DNA of 64,000 bases. Source: a virus (taxonomy: Duplodnaviria > Caudoviricetes). The position numbers and the translations under genes were made by a program. The first letter of the stretch is position 1. Each line of letters begins with the position of its first letter. Location: positions 1,322-65,321 of IMG/VR virus record IMGVR_UViG_3300022074_000031; one strand, 5' to 3'. The notes under the pieces are model-generated. The model worked only from the letters and a program-made list of their open reading frames with translations. It searched no databases and had not been told where the DNA came from. This document shows, in pieces, positions 37,988-47,921 of this stretch.

Positions 37988-38089
37988 TTATTCTGCTAAT
38001 TTACTGGCTTTCTTTTGGACTTCTTTTTTGGTTTTCTTTGGCTTCTTTGCCAACTCTTCTTTGAGACGATACTTGTCGTATTTATCCAC
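37988..38089 (-). CDS. tiny Lys-rich protein
   Basis: GGTGA RBS, GTG start, MDKYDKYRLKEELAKKPKKTKKEVQKKASKLAE; not in ORF track. Confidence 0.45.
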   Translation of the reverse strand: MDKYDKYRLKEELAKKPKKTKKEVQKKASKLAE

Positions 38090-38093
38090 AATA

Positions 38094-39734
38094 TCACCCC
38101 TGTAAAATCCAGTGTGTCCTTACTTCGCATGTATTGAGGTTTCTTGGCATAACTGTGCCTTCGATAGTAATTGGACCTTTATCATCAGGAATTGTAATGT
38201 TGGCGGTGCTTAGGTAGTAGTCTTGGAACTTTAAAAGAATTTGCTCATTGAGTGTGCCGTCTGGAGCATTTTTGTCAAATTGAAGGGTAATCAGATTGGT
38301 CGCTCCTTCTTCAGTTTGGTCAAGAAGTTCCTCAAAGAGCCTGTTATCTGTAATCATAGCAGTAAAAGATAACTCATATGTTCTTTGTGCTGGAATAGCA
38401 GTCTTCACCGACTTGTTGCCAACTCCAATAAATCTCTTGTCCTGAAGATTGTTGTTGATGGTTAGAGTCATGTTGGTAATCTTCAAAAATTGCTGTCCAA
38501 AGATAGAGAAAGAGCCGGATGAGAAAAAGAAAGGCTCAAGAGATTCTTCACCAGTAGCGGCTAAGGTATTTGAGCCGCTTCCAAAGTTGAATAAATCAGC
38601 ATTATCGGAAACCCCCGCACGACCTTCATAGGCTTCTCCGGTCTTCAATTTGTGAACGGCTCTTGAGTTTAGGTCCAAAGTCATTTTGACTTCTTCATTT
38701 TCGTTAGCCGTCATGGTCAAGGTATTCACACGGTTTCCTCTGGCAATCCTCACAAAGTTGTGAGATTCAGTAGCCAAAGAAGTGTCCCCTGTTCGGTATG
38801 CGTTAGAGGCTTCTAATTTACTCATATTCTGTTCCAGTCCAAAGGAGGGTAATTCTTCACCGTTTGCTTCTGCAAAGGTGTATTTGATTGGGTTTGTCAA
38901 AACTCCGCTGGCATTATATTCAGGTAATGTCAAAAGAGCCATATGTGTTGCTGTATCCTGATTAGCAACAGGAGGAATCATGAAAGTAGAATCCTTGGCT
39001 GTCCTATAGAAAATTGGGCCAGTATTTGTAAATCCAGTAATGTCGTTGCTAAATGTTTTTGCCGTAGCAGTTTCTCCGATGTCCAAATAGTGAACATTGT
39101 TTGCGTGGGCTGTTCTAATATCTGCGGGGTCTAAAGAACTGCTTCCTGTAAATGTAGCATTAATCTGTGTGCATTTGCCTAAAGCATAATAGAGCCATGT
39201 TCCTTGATTGGCAACAATATTTAGACTTCCTCCACTTGCAGTTTCAATACCCTTGTATTGATGAGAGAAGTTTCTACTGTTTCCAAGAGACAAATTTAAC
39301 TGTTTCATTTCGACCTCAAGATTAGGGAAAGTTGAAGATTCCAAAACACCTAACCAATTATCAGCACTTAATCGTGCATTACCGCTATCTAATGTTGTTG
39401 GAGCAGGTGCGCCATATCCTCTAATAACGATAAAATCAGTGGCATCCTCAACAGTTAAATCATGGGCAGGAGAAATCGTAAAAGAAGTAGTGTCATTAGC
39501 GGTAATCACATGGGTTGAATGAATCGTTGTAGTAGAGGTGCTGGCGTCGTATAAATCAAAAACGCACCCAACATACAAATTCTCAACCATTCTAACATTG
39601 TCAGACCAAAGAGCATCTGCCACTAATTTTGTAGCGGTCGAGCCTGAGTTATTCAAAATGACCTTTAAATCCAATTCTGGAATCATCGTCAAAGACGCGC
39701 CGCTACCTAAAAATATATCTGTGTTAATCGCCAT
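38094..39734 (-). CDS. major tail tube protein
   Basis: LPSFGLE...GNRVNTLTMTA, LTINNNL...RTYELSFT pattern; upstream of the chaperones and tape measure. Confidence 0.75.
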   Translation of the reverse strand: MAINTDIFLGSGASLTMIPELDLKVILNNSGSTATKLVADALWSDNVRMVENLYVGCVFDLYDASTSTTTIHSTHVITANDTTSFTISPAHDLTVEDATDFIVIRGYGAPAPTTLDSGNARLSADNWLGVLESSTFPNLEVEMKQLNLSLGNSRNFSHQYKGIETASGGSLNIVANQGTWLYYALGKCTQINATFTGSSSLDPADIRTAHANNVHYLDIGETATAKTFSNDITGFTNTGPIFYRTAKDSTFMIPPVANQDTATHMALLTLPEYNASGVLTNPIKYTFAEANGEELPSFGLEQNMSKLEASNAYRTGDTSLATESHNFVRIARGNRVNTLTMTANENEEVKMTLDLNSRAVHKLKTGEAYEGRAGVSDNADLFNFGSGSNTLAATGEESLEPFFFSSGSFSIFGQQFLKITNMTLTINNNLQDKRFIGVGNKSVKTAIPAQRTYELSFTAMITDNRLFEELLDQTEEGATNLITLQFDKNAPDGTLNEQILLKFQDYYLSTANITIPDDKGPITIEGTVMPRNLNTCEVRTHWILQG

Positions 39735-39764
39735 GTTGCTTTCCTCCCCTATTTAACAAACTTA

Positions 39765-40277
39765 CTAGGGAATACTTAACGCGAATCGTTTTGCTTCTAA
39801 ACTTACTTTATATCCAAATAATCGCTTTGCTCGGTCATTTGACTCGCTTCTTGAACCTAAAAATAATTGCTGGAAACGGGAACCATCAGAGGCAGTATAA
39901 CCTGTGCGCTTGCTCTCAAGGACTCTACGAAGTATCAGGTATATAGCCCTTAGCCTGTCTTTGCCGTAGTTTGCATCCAGTCCCGACCGCTCATCATGGA
40001 GGACTCTGATGTGTAAAGTGAACGAATAAGTTTCATTTCTCACATCGTAATGCACCGTTGGATATTGAATATTTTGTGAATCTTCAAAAACCACAATTGT
40101 TGCAGGAGATTGATTCAGGTCAACCCTAACACCCTTATTTGCGGCAGTCGTTCTAATATCAATAACTTCAGGTATAACTCCATGGGAGGCCGAAATGTCT
40201 CCACTGGAAACAAGGGCAGTAGCGTTAGAAGACCAATTAGAATTGATTAGGTCTATGAGTAAAGAGACTTCATCCAT
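39765..40277 (-). CDS. putative tail terminator / head-tail completion protein
   Basis: Position just upstream of the tail tube; alpha/beta 170 aa. Confidence 0.5.
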   Translation of the reverse strand: MDEVSLLIDLINSNWSSNATALVSSGDISASHGVIPEVIDIRTTAANKGVRVDLNQSPATIVVFEDSQNIQYPTVHYDVRNETYSFTLHIRVLHDERSGLDANYGKDRLRAIYLILRRVLESKRTGYTASDGSRFQQLFLGSRSESNDRAKRLFGYKVSLEAKRFALSIP

Positions 40278-40468
40278 TTCTGCACCTCCTCGTTAATTTT
40301 CTTGCTTATGAGTTTTTCATACTCTTCCATGGCAAATTGTTTTACTTCCTCTTCTGAGAATGAGACATCATATCCAAGAGCCAAAGACAATTCATCCATA
40401 GCGAGTTTTCTTTCCTTCTGAATTTTAAGCAGTTCATCAAATACTTTCATATCTATTTCAATAGCCAC
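40253..40468 (-). CDS. hypothetical protein
   Basis: 71 aa helical ORF with GGTGA RBS. Confidence 0.6.
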   Translation of the reverse strand: MAIEIDMKVFDELLKIQKERKLAMDELSLALGYDVSFSEEEVKQFAMEEYEKLISKKINEEVQKWMKSLYS

Positions 40469-40476
40469 GCTATCAC

Positions 40477-41814
40477 CTAATCAAGAAAATATACAATGTC
40501 GGACTTGCCTTTGAGAATATCCATGGCCTCTTTCTTAAGAATATCGTATTTCTCTTTTGTAGAGATGTTTGCTCCAGTCTCAGCAATAAGAATGCTTTGG
40601 TCGTCATGCCTAATAATTTCTGCCGCAACCAGTTTTGTAGCGGCTTCGTGAACAGCGGCGGGAACCCTTGCATTTCCAGCAATATATGAAACAAGAACAG
40701 AGTTTCGTGTATGATAGGGGTAGTCCTGTAAAAAGAAAATCCTTCCTTCTTCATTCAAAAGCCAATAACTTCCGTCTCTCTTCATGTCTTCTTTATCTGT
40801 AAATGCTGATAGAGTGCAGGCATTAGGTATTTCGTCGGTGGTTGTAAAGGTAAGAACATTGGTTCCACTTCCGCTTGCCGCCGCAGAAAGAACAACATTT
40901 GTCGAGTCTGTGATAGAAGTGATAGTAGAGGTGGTTCCAGTGATACCTGTCCCGCTTACAGTCATTCCGACCTTAAGTTTGCTTGAATCGGCAACTGTTA
41001 TCGAAGTGTTTGTATTTACCGTTGTGCATGTCTGTTTTATCGTGGCTTTGATAACACAATCGGCCCCGTCGTCCCCTGAAAGTAGGGATGAGATGAGGAC
41101 GGTTCCCCCATTTCCTTCCTCCTTCTGGGCAAAGAAAAAGTCCGAAAGAGACAAATTACCATTTGTAGAGTCAAGTAGGCTTTTAGGAGAAGTTGCTCCA
41201 GTATATTGTGCTGTCGAAGGAAAATCTTCATTTACCAAAGAAGTAATTTCACTGGCAGTAGTTTTAATTCCAAAGGTATTACAGAATTCTGTATTTGCCA
41301 AGTCGCTTATTGTATTTTCTGCAATAAGTTCAAAAGAAGCGCCACTATTTGGCAACTCTAAAATGATAGAATGCATATCCCTGAAACCATCATGCAATTG
41401 TATCTTTGCTTGAGCCGATGCAATTTCTTTATATTGACTGCCTTCCCAAACTAAAAGGGAAACAATTTTGCGAACCTTCATTTGCCTCAATTGGATAAAA
41501 CCTACATATCCTCCGTAGAGAGTTTGTCCGGGGTGATTTCTAAAAGAGAAATTGTGTATCTCTTTTTTGGTGATGATTGGTCTATAATTTCTTTTTAGTT
41601 TATCATCAACGATGCCTTCTACTCTTTTAATAATCTCGCCTACTTGCTTAACAGTAGGGAAAGTAGTATTTCCGAACTCTGGGACTTGGAGCAAATGAGC
41701 GACTGCTTTAAAATCAGTGTAGAATCCATATCCGTTAGCGTAAGACTGTGCGACTCCTGTTCCGGTATGATAGGAATTGTCATAATCGCTTGGCGAACTA
41801 GTAATTGCCATCAA
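40477..41814 (-). CDS. head-tail adaptor protein with inserted beta domains
   Basis: YTDFKAVAHLL...VEGIVDDKL N-terminus and VSYIAG...VPAAVHEAATKLVA C-terminus typical of gp6/gp15-like adaptors. Confidence 0.7.
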   Translation of the reverse strand: MMAITSSPSDYDNSYHTGTGVAQSYANGYGFYTDFKAVAHLLQVPEFGNTTFPTVKQVGEIIKRVEGIVDDKLKRNYRPIITKKEIHNFSFRNHPGQTLYGGYVGFIQLRQMKVRKIVSLLVWEGSQYKEIASAQAKIQLHDGFRDMHSIILELPNSGASFELIAENTISDLANTEFCNTFGIKTTASEITSLVNEDFPSTAQYTGATSPKSLLDSTNGNLSLSDFFFAQKEEGNGGTVLISSLLSGDDGADCVIKATIKQTCTTVNTNTSITVADSSKLKVGMTVSGTGITGTTSTITSITDSTNVVLSAAASGSGTNVLTFTTTDEIPNACTLSAFTDKEDMKRDGSYWLLNEEGRIFFLQDYPYHTRNSVLVSYIAGNARVPAAVHEAATKLVAAEIIRHDDQSILIAETGANISTKEKYDILKKEAMDILKGKSDIVYFLD

Positions 41815-43430
41815 TCTTCCTCCATGTCCTTTACTTCGCCTCTTATCTCAATATCATAATAGTCTTCTAAATCTTCTGTTCTTTCCTTAAATAAAGCAAG
41901 ATGTTCCTGCATTCTTTTTGATGGCCTAACTGAGCCTTGAGAATAAGTACCTGTGTCCCAAAGAGCAACTTTAGCAGTTTTAAGATTTGTAATGACTTTG
42001 ATATTAGAAAGGCGTTTTGCTAAAATTTGTTGCTCCTGAGAGAAGGCTCCCTCCCTAATCGTTGTCCCTTTTCTGTCCTTAGAAGGCAAAACAAATTTCA
42101 CTTCTACCATATTTACTACAACTTTATTCATGTCTCCCAATCCGAAATCTAAGAATCTTTCAAATCGAGAATCTGCCAAAACTTGTTTGAATAAACTATT
42201 CGTTTGTATTTTAAATTTGAAGTCCTTTTGCTTCTCATTTTTATTTTTGAGAAAATCAATTTCAATCATATCACTTAAAGTAAATTGTGTAATATCTTTA
42301 GTTAATCCTCCCAAAGTAACTGCTGGCAAAGAAATGTTTCCTTTAAATTCTTCCTCTTCCTCTATATCATCCTCATCAGATTCAAACATATTTTTATCAA
42401 ACTTAAGGTCAACAACAGAAGTCCATCCTCCCGAAACAACCCCCCTATCCCTGATTTGTTTTGATTTTTCATCGAGTTGTGCTTGGGCTAAATCAGAAAG
42501 AGATTGTTTATACCCCTTTGTTTTACCTTTTACTTGATAAAACATTTCAGAGGGGTTAGAAATTAATTTGTAGTTAATACTTAGGCTTTGGTCAATTAAT
42601 CTGGCAGTGGCCTCGAACTTTGTTAAAGAAGAAAAGTGGTCAATCCCAATGAGAAGCATCTGTTCTTCTAAGGTTCTCTTTACTTTACCCTTTTCATAGT
42701 TTTCTTTCATTTGGTCTAAATGAACCTTTCTAATTTTATTTTCTTCGCCCCTATCTTCATTAATCATTCTTGCGATTGCTAGAGGACTTTTATCTTGTAA
42801 TTTCTCTTTTACAACCTTTCTTTGTTTCTTTCTATCTTTGTCGGCTCTTTCCAGAACTTCCTCAAATGTTCCTCTTGTTTTTGTTGCGCCTTTTTTAGAA
42901 ACAGAAACTTGTAATTCTATTGGCGAACTAACAATTCTAGGCTGTAAATCATAATTTCTTTTAAAGGCATCTAAGTCAAACTTTGGTAATTTTTGCATAT
43001 CTCTTCCAAATTTAAACCCAGATTGGCCACGAAGTCTGTCGTAATCATCCGAACCGACATGCACTTCATAGAGAGTTGTTGCTTCGGCATAATCTGTCAG
43101 AAGTTCTCTTAATGAATCATCATCTGAGGTATTGGCCCCGCCAAGATATTGTTCCCATGCTTCTGTATCCTTCTTGTAGAAATTGATAGCAATATCTTCA
43201 TCCCCGAGAATTTCACTAACAATTTCGCTTAGAAGGTCTTTGTAATCTTCGGATTCTTCTTGACTTAATTCACTATAAGAGTATTTTAGTGATTCAAGCG
43301 TTTCAACTACGATTGATGAATGCTCGTTTGCATCAGCCGTTAAGTATCTTTCAAGGTGTCCACGAATAACATCTTTCTGTTGTGGCATAACCAAAGGGTT
43401 GCCAATGCCCCAAGAAATCTGATATTCCAA
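41811..43430 (-). CDS. hypothetical charged protein
   Basis: 539 aa ORF, TTG start. Confidence 0.7.
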   Translation of the reverse strand: MEYQISWGIGNPLVMPQQKDVIRGHLERYLTADANEHSSIVVETLESLKYSYSELSQEESEDYKDLLSEIVSEILGDEDIAINFYKKDTEAWEQYLGGANTSDDDSLRELLTDYAEATTLYEVHVGSDDYDRLRGQSGFKFGRDMQKLPKFDLDAFKRNYDLQPRIVSSPIELQVSVSKKGATKTRGTFEEVLERADKDRKKQRKVVKEKLQDKSPLAIARMINEDRGEENKIRKVHLDQMKENYEKGKVKRTLEEQMLLIGIDHFSSLTKFEATARLIDQSLSINYKLISNPSEMFYQVKGKTKGYKQSLSDLAQAQLDEKSKQIRDRGVVSGGWTSVVDLKFDKNMFESDEDDIEEEEEFKGNISLPAVTLGGLTKDITQFTLSDMIEIDFLKNKNEKQKDFKFKIQTNSLFKQVLADSRFERFLDFGLGDMNKVVVNMVEVKFVLPSKDRKGTTIREGAFSQEQQILAKRLSNIKVITNLKTAKVALWDTGTYSQGSVRPSKRMQEHLALFKERTEDLEDYYDIEIRGEVKDMEED

Positions 43431-43440
43431 CTGAAACGCC

Positions 43441-44091
43441 TCACATTAACCATTTAGCCCAAGCCGCACCCTTTTGAATTGCCGCACCTAAATGAAGTCC
43501 ACTTGATGGTGGCTCATATGACATTTGCCCTTGAGCATCAACCCAATACGGCCTGCCGTAGCCATCTGTTCCGGTCGGAGGAATGGGGTAGCCGGAACCA
43601 TTGTTCATAGCCCCTTGCATCTGTTGATATTGCTGAGTATTTCCCGTTAGTCCCGCCACAGCCATACCTGCGGAGGGTTGTTGTGGCTGTCCTCCACCAA
43701 AGCCTTGTGATTCAAGGTATTGTTGTTTTGCCATCTTTCTTTGCATAATAACTTCACTATTGATAGCCGCACCAAGAATCTTTTGAATATCTAAATCAAT
43801 ATTTTCCTGAGTTATTCTTTGATATTCTTGCAGAGTATCCTGATTGACTGTCATTACTCCGGCATTGTTTGTGAATGACAATTTACCCAACATATTCGAG
43901 ACTGTTCTTTGAACGACATCCTCCATCAATTGTTCTATTGCGGTCAAAAACATTTCACCATGATATTGAAAAAACTCTTCTACATGGTTATCCTGTAAAG
44001 AAAGTAAATTATTTACATTCTTGAACTGCTTGTCGTTCTGTGCCTGAACTGCTCCTAAAACAGTCCCATTGCTCGTTCCTAAAAATCCCAT
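43441..44091 (-). CDS. hypothetical Gln/Gly-rich protein
   Basis: 216 aa; low-complexity Q/G region, amphipathic C-terminus AIQKGAAWAKWLM. Confidence 0.75.
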   Translation of the reverse strand: MGFLGTSNGTVLGAVQAQNDKQFKNVNNLLSLQDNHVEEFFQYHGEMFLTAIEQLMEDVVQRTVSNMLGKLSFTNNAGVMTVNQDTLQEYQRITQENIDLDIQKILGAAINSEVIMQRKMAKQQYLESQGFGGGQPQQPSAGMAVAGLTGNTQQYQQMQGAMNNGSGYPIPPTGTDGYGRPYWVDAQGQMSYEPPSSGLHLGAAIQKGAAWAKWLM

Positions 44092-44093
44092 AT

Positions 44094-44747
44094 TTATTCC
44101 TCCTTTTCAAGTTGTTCTGGTGCTTTTACTCCATTTTGAATCATCAAGTAGTTTAGTCTATCTGTCAAAATATTGATTTGTCCGACCAATTCTATGGCCT
44201 CATTTGTGGCCGACCTATTATCCTGTAAGGTGGGTGGCTTAATAAAGTAGCCTGCCGCAGTGAGAGAAGCCACATCGGTTTTGCTTAGGTGAGTAGTGGG
44301 TTTTCCTGAGAGGGCTTTTGGCATCCTTGGCTTGAATGCCTTGAAGTCTAATCCATGCTTCTCAGCAAGAATTTGTTGCTCAAGCATTTCCAATTGCTTG
44401 AACATTGATGCGTGTTTAGGGCAGTATGTTCCTCTTAGTGGTCGCCCCTTCTTCACTTTTTCTAAGGGAATAGGGGGTCTTAAATGGTCGCCCGATTCCC
44501 AAATATGATGCATTCCGCAGACTACGCAACGGTCTTTGAGATTAAATTTCTTTCCGAACTTAAAGAAAAGAAAGGATTTAGGTTCAGGAGAAAGAACTTT
44601 AATAAGTTCTTTTTCTTTCTTTTTTGGCTTAATATTTATAAACTGGTATTCTATTACATTACCTGCCGTTCTTGCCTGTTCAATTGGATTCAACATTGGG
44701 TTGAATTGCGTTGGTGCATTTTGTCCTATAATTTGTTGTTGATACAT
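44094..44747 (-). CDS. hypothetical protein with zinc-binding motif
   Basis: CVVC...YCPKH. Confidence 0.75.
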   Translation of the reverse strand: MYQQQIIGQNAPTQFNPMLNPIEQARTAGNVIEYQFINIKPKKKEKELIKVLSPEPKSFLFFKFGKKFNLKDRCVVCGMHHIWESGDHLRPPIPLEKVKKGRPLRGTYCPKHASMFKQLEMLEQQILAEKHGLDFKAFKPRMPKALSGKPTTHLSKTDVASLTAAGYFIKPPTLQDNRSATNEAIELVGQINILTDRLNYLMIQNGVKAPEQLEKEE

Positions 44748-44751
44748 TTAA

Positions 44752-45066
44752 TCACTCCTTAAAAATATAAAATCTTTCTTCATTTCTAAACTCTTCGGGG
44801 CCAAGTCTTTTCTTCTTAATTTCTAATAAATTATTTGTTGTTAATATTCTTGTAATGGCATTTCTAATTCGCCCTAGCGTTATTCTTTTATGTTTAACAG
44901 AATAATCTTTTCTTACTTGCTCTAAAAAGTCTAGAAATTCGTCTTTGACAAGTGTTTTTCCCTTGAATTTGTTAGCCAAACTTAAAGTGATTTGCTTCAA
45001 AAAACTATAATTTAATTTCCTTGCTGACCCTCTACTCTTTAAAATATCTTTCCACACAGTAATCAA
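44752..45066 (-). CDS. hypothetical basic protein with WxxILK leader
   Basis: MITVWKDILKS... Confidence 0.65.
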   Translation of the reverse strand: MITVWKDILKSRGSARKLNYSFLKQITLSLANKFKGKTLVKDEFLDFLEQVRKDYSVKHKRITLGRIRNAITRILTTNNLLEIKKKRLGPEEFRNEERFYIFKE

Positions 45067-45731
45067 TAGTCCTTTATCATTGTAGTGATTCCTCTATAAA
45101 CCATTTCGGGTTCCGACTTTGCTGATACAATATACTTAAAACAAGGTATTCCTTTGTCGTTTAGTTTTCTCATTCCGTATGCAAATGGTTCAAATATTTC
45201 ATGTTTATCCATTTGTTGCCCCTCTGCTAATGGATATTTTTTTCCCCATATGTCATGCTTATTTGCCCAAATACCAATAGCAATAGGAAAGTCGGAGTCT
45301 CTTTTCTTTTTTCCATTTGACCATGTGCTTGAAATAATCGTATCAACTAAAAACTTCCATGCTAATTGGTGGTCTAAATTTGAAGTGCTATCCAAATGCC
45401 TATGGTCAATCATAAATATAACATATTTAACTCGGCGTTCCTTCATATCTTTTTCCCATTCTTTCCAGTATATCGCTTCTCCCCCAATATCCGCGCTTCT
45501 TACTGTATGTGAATCTCCATCAATTTTGATATTCTTTCTTGATGCTCTATGTTTGCCAACTGTTCTTTGATTAATCTGTGGCACTTCTCCTCTCGTTCTT
45601 AATTGATGGCTTAGTGTTGTTTTGCCGACCATTGTTGCTCCGTAAACTCCAAAGTTTATTGCGTGAATTTTTTTGTAGAATCCTATAATTGCTTCACCAA
45701 CTAAAATAGCAAAGCCTGTCATTAATGACAT
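45063..45731 (-). CDS. Ras-superfamily (Arf/Sar-like) small GTPase
   Basis: G1 GATMVGKTT, G2 RTVG, G3 DIGG, G4 NKHD, G5 SAK; N-terminal hydrophobic/amphipathic helix. Confidence 0.88.
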   Translation of the reverse strand: MSLMTGFAILVGEAIIGFYKKIHAINFGVYGATMVGKTTLSHQLRTRGEVPQINQRTVGKHRASRKNIKIDGDSHTVRSADIGGEAIYWKEWEKDMKERRVKYVIFMIDHRHLDSTSNLDHQLAWKFLVDTIISSTWSNGKKKRDSDFPIAIGIWANKHDIWGKKYPLAEGQQMDKHEIFEPFAYGMRKLNDKGIPCFKYIVSAKSEPEMVYRGITTMIKDY

Positions 45732-46220
45732 TCAATTTGACCGCCTAATATTCTCTATATATCTCTCTTCTTCATCAACAGTAAGTGGCCGACCCTCTTC
45801 TCGCCTAATATCTTGAAGCGTCGGTTCCCCTCTACCTCGATTTTTATACATTTCAAAGTATTTATCAATAAGTATTTCTGCTTTACTTTTATTTGTTGGT
45901 CTTCCCAAACGCTGTTTCATAGATGCCTCATTTGGTTGTATAGAAGTATAGAACCCACTTTCCTTTTCTAATCTTCCTTGCATCTTTCTATGAAAAGGAA
46001 TTTTTTCTTTTAATTCTGGGGATAAATTTTCTTTGTCCCTGTTTGTAAGAAAATTGTATAATTTATAGTGTAGTCTAAGTTTGTCCTTATCTGATAACTC
46101 TTGGTATTCTTTTTCAGAAATAAGCATATTGTTGTATAATTCTTCAGGAAGATAACTTTGAGTCATTCTTTTAGCATCTGCTAAATTTTTAATATCAATC
46201 TTCAAAATATCAAACCACAT
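45732..46220 (-). CDS. hypothetical protein with WxxILK leader
   Basis: MWFDILKI... Confidence 0.7.
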   Translation of the reverse strand: MWFDILKIDIKNLADAKRMTQSYLPEELYNNMLISEKEYQELSDKDKLRLHYKLYNFLTNRDKENLSPELKEKIPFHRKMQGRLEKESGFYTSIQPNEASMKQRLGRPTNKSKAEILIDKYFEMYKNRGRGEPTLQDIRREEGRPLTVDEEERYIENIRRSN

Positions 46221-46221
46221 A

Positions 46222-46440
46222 TCAATGCCCCCACCCGTTTAACAAAGTGTCAAACAGGAAACCCATGATGTTTATATCAAAAACACCAAGAATGTTTCCA
46301 ACAAGGAAACCTGAAAGGCCAGCACAAAAACCCCAAAAAACGGCTCTCATTTTCAAAAAGAAAATATCAGCAGAGTGCGCTCTTTGAGCATTATAAGCAT
46401 AATCCGAATCAGAAAAGCCCATCAAATCTCCAAAGACCAC
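46222..46440 (-). CDS. small membrane protein
   Basis: AVFWGFCAGLSGFLVGNILGVF hydrophobic segment. Confidence 0.7.
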   Translation of the reverse strand: MVFGDLMGFSDSDYAYNAQRAHSADIFFLKMRAVFWGFCAGLSGFLVGNILGVFDINIMGFLFDTLLNGWGH

Positions 46441-46449
46441 TTAACCACC

Positions 46450-46839
46450 TCATTGTAGTGTGGCTAAGAATTCTGTCCCAAGAGTATTTTCTTCCTGTTC
46501 AACAGGCTGAGAGTAGGCAAATGGAGAAGTATTGAATTGCTTTGCGCTTTCTCGCATCTTAATTTTCTGTTGTTCGTCTCTCGCCTTTCTTTCCCAGTAT
46601 GCCGCAATTTTACGGTCGAGGAGCCACATCTCTATTCTATCATTTAGAGATAAGTCAAAGACTGCTTTCATAACCATGATTGCACCAATTGTTCCCAAAC
46701 CAAATAGAACAGAGTGTGCTAACGGGCCATAGGGGAAATTCATACCAAAGGCCGCATAAGCCCAAACATTTGTCCCGCTTAATGCTCCGACAAATAAAAT
46801 TGTCATAACTAATCGAGTATCCTGATTTAGAGCCGCCAT
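46450..46839 (-). CDS. two-TM membrane protein with charged C-terminal helix
   Basis: LVMTILFVGALSG..., VLFGLGTIGAIMVM, then RKIAAYWERKARDEQQK. Confidence 0.75.
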   Translation of the reverse strand: MAALNQDTRLVMTILFVGALSGTNVWAYAAFGMNFPYGPLAHSVLFGLGTIGAIMVMKAVFDLSLNDRIEMWLLDRKIAAYWERKARDEQQKIKMRESAKQFNTSPFAYSQPVEQEENTLGTEFLATLQ

Positions 46840-46848
46840 TATTTCACC

Positions 46849-47175
46849 TCAGTTGAATTCAACGGAAACTGCCGCACCTTCGCCTGAGCCCGAAGAAATG
46901 CTTAGGAACAGTCCATTTGTCGCTAGGACACCGTGCATATCATATTCCATCATTGTTGGGCCGAACACTGCCCCGGAACCCGGAGGATTATCGCTCTGAA
47001 CAATCATTCTTGCTAATTCTGTACCGCTTGCGGCAGAAGCATTGTCAAAGACCTTTATCGTTGTCGGGGCGCTTCCTGTAAAAACAGCATGAATTGAAAC
47101 CAATCTACACTGGCCGGAAAAAATTGCAGTGCTGGCTGTCTTAACTCCACTTGAACGACATTGGGGCATACGCAT
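46849..47175 (-). CDS. putative virion structural protein
   Basis: Small beta-rich Gly/Ser/Ala protein downstream of the capsid gene. Confidence 0.55.
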   Translation of the reverse strand: MRMPQCRSSGVKTASTAIFSGQCRLVSIHAVFTGSAPTTIKVFDNASAASGTELARMIVQSDNPPGSGAVFGPTMMEYDMHGVLATNGLFLSISSGSGEGAAVSVEFN

Positions 47176-47224
47176 AACCTCTCTTCATTCCCTCACTTGA
47201 GGAGGGCATATTTAGCCTTTCCGC

Positions 47225-47548
47225 CTACTCCGACAGAGCAGAAGAAGCCTTTTTAGTTGTCTTCTTCTTTAAGGTTCTTTTTGCTTTGGGAAGCAATAAA
47301 CCACACAATGCCGAAGTATCAAGGATTTCTTTGCCAAGTTGCTTTTGTAGGATAACTAATTGTTTTTCAGTTGTTTCCTCTAAAGCGGCTCTGTCTCCTT
47401 CTTGGAAAGTAAATAGGAGGTTCCTGTCGCCAATTTTAGCGACGGCCCACCACGCCTCTACTTCCAATTCCGCATTTGTTCGGAGCAAACCAAAAGGTGT
47501 TTCTAATCTACCGATGTTTGATTCATCGGAGAGTTTGACTAAAGCCAA
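47225..47548 (-). CDS. hypothetical protein with Lys-rich tail
   Basis: 107 aa, GAGGTG RBS, in the capsid operon. Confidence 0.65.
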   Translation of the reverse strand: MALVKLSDESNIGRLETPFGLLRTNAELEVEAWWAVAKIGDRNLLFTFQEGDRAALEETTEKQLVILQKQLGKEILDTSALCGLLLPKAKRTLKKKTTKKASSALSE

Positions 47549-47557
47549 ATTAACACC

Positions 47558-47911
47558 TCAAAGGTTTCCATAGACACGAAGACGAACACTACCACCGTTA
47601 GCATCGTCAGCCAGTGTAGCGTTTGTTCCGTCTAAAGCCGTGAACATTAGGGCAATTGAGGTTGCTGATTCATAAGCACCAGTAGCCGAACACTCAATTT
47701 GTGGCTGAACACCGTTTGCGTTATCATGTCCTGTAATCATAGCGGCATTAATCGTGCTTAATCCAAAATCGGAGGCAGGAATCACTGAACCAGCCGCAAC
47801 AATAGAGGACACATCTGCGATTGCATCTACAAAGTATTCGTCTCCCGAAACACGGGGCGTAGTCATACCCTTATGGTCTGCTAAGACCGTAATTGCTTTT
47901 ACTAGAGCCAA
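47558..47911 (-). CDS. putative capsid decoration protein
   Basis: Immediately downstream of the MCP; small beta-rich, ends VRLRVYG. Confidence 0.55.
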   Translation of the reverse strand: MALVKAITVLADHKGMTTPRVSGDEYFVDAIADVSSIVAAGSVIPASDFGLSTINAAMITGHDNANGVQPQIECSATGAYESATSIALMFTALDGTNATLADDANGGSVRLRVYGNL

Positions 47912-47921
47912 TTAAAACACC

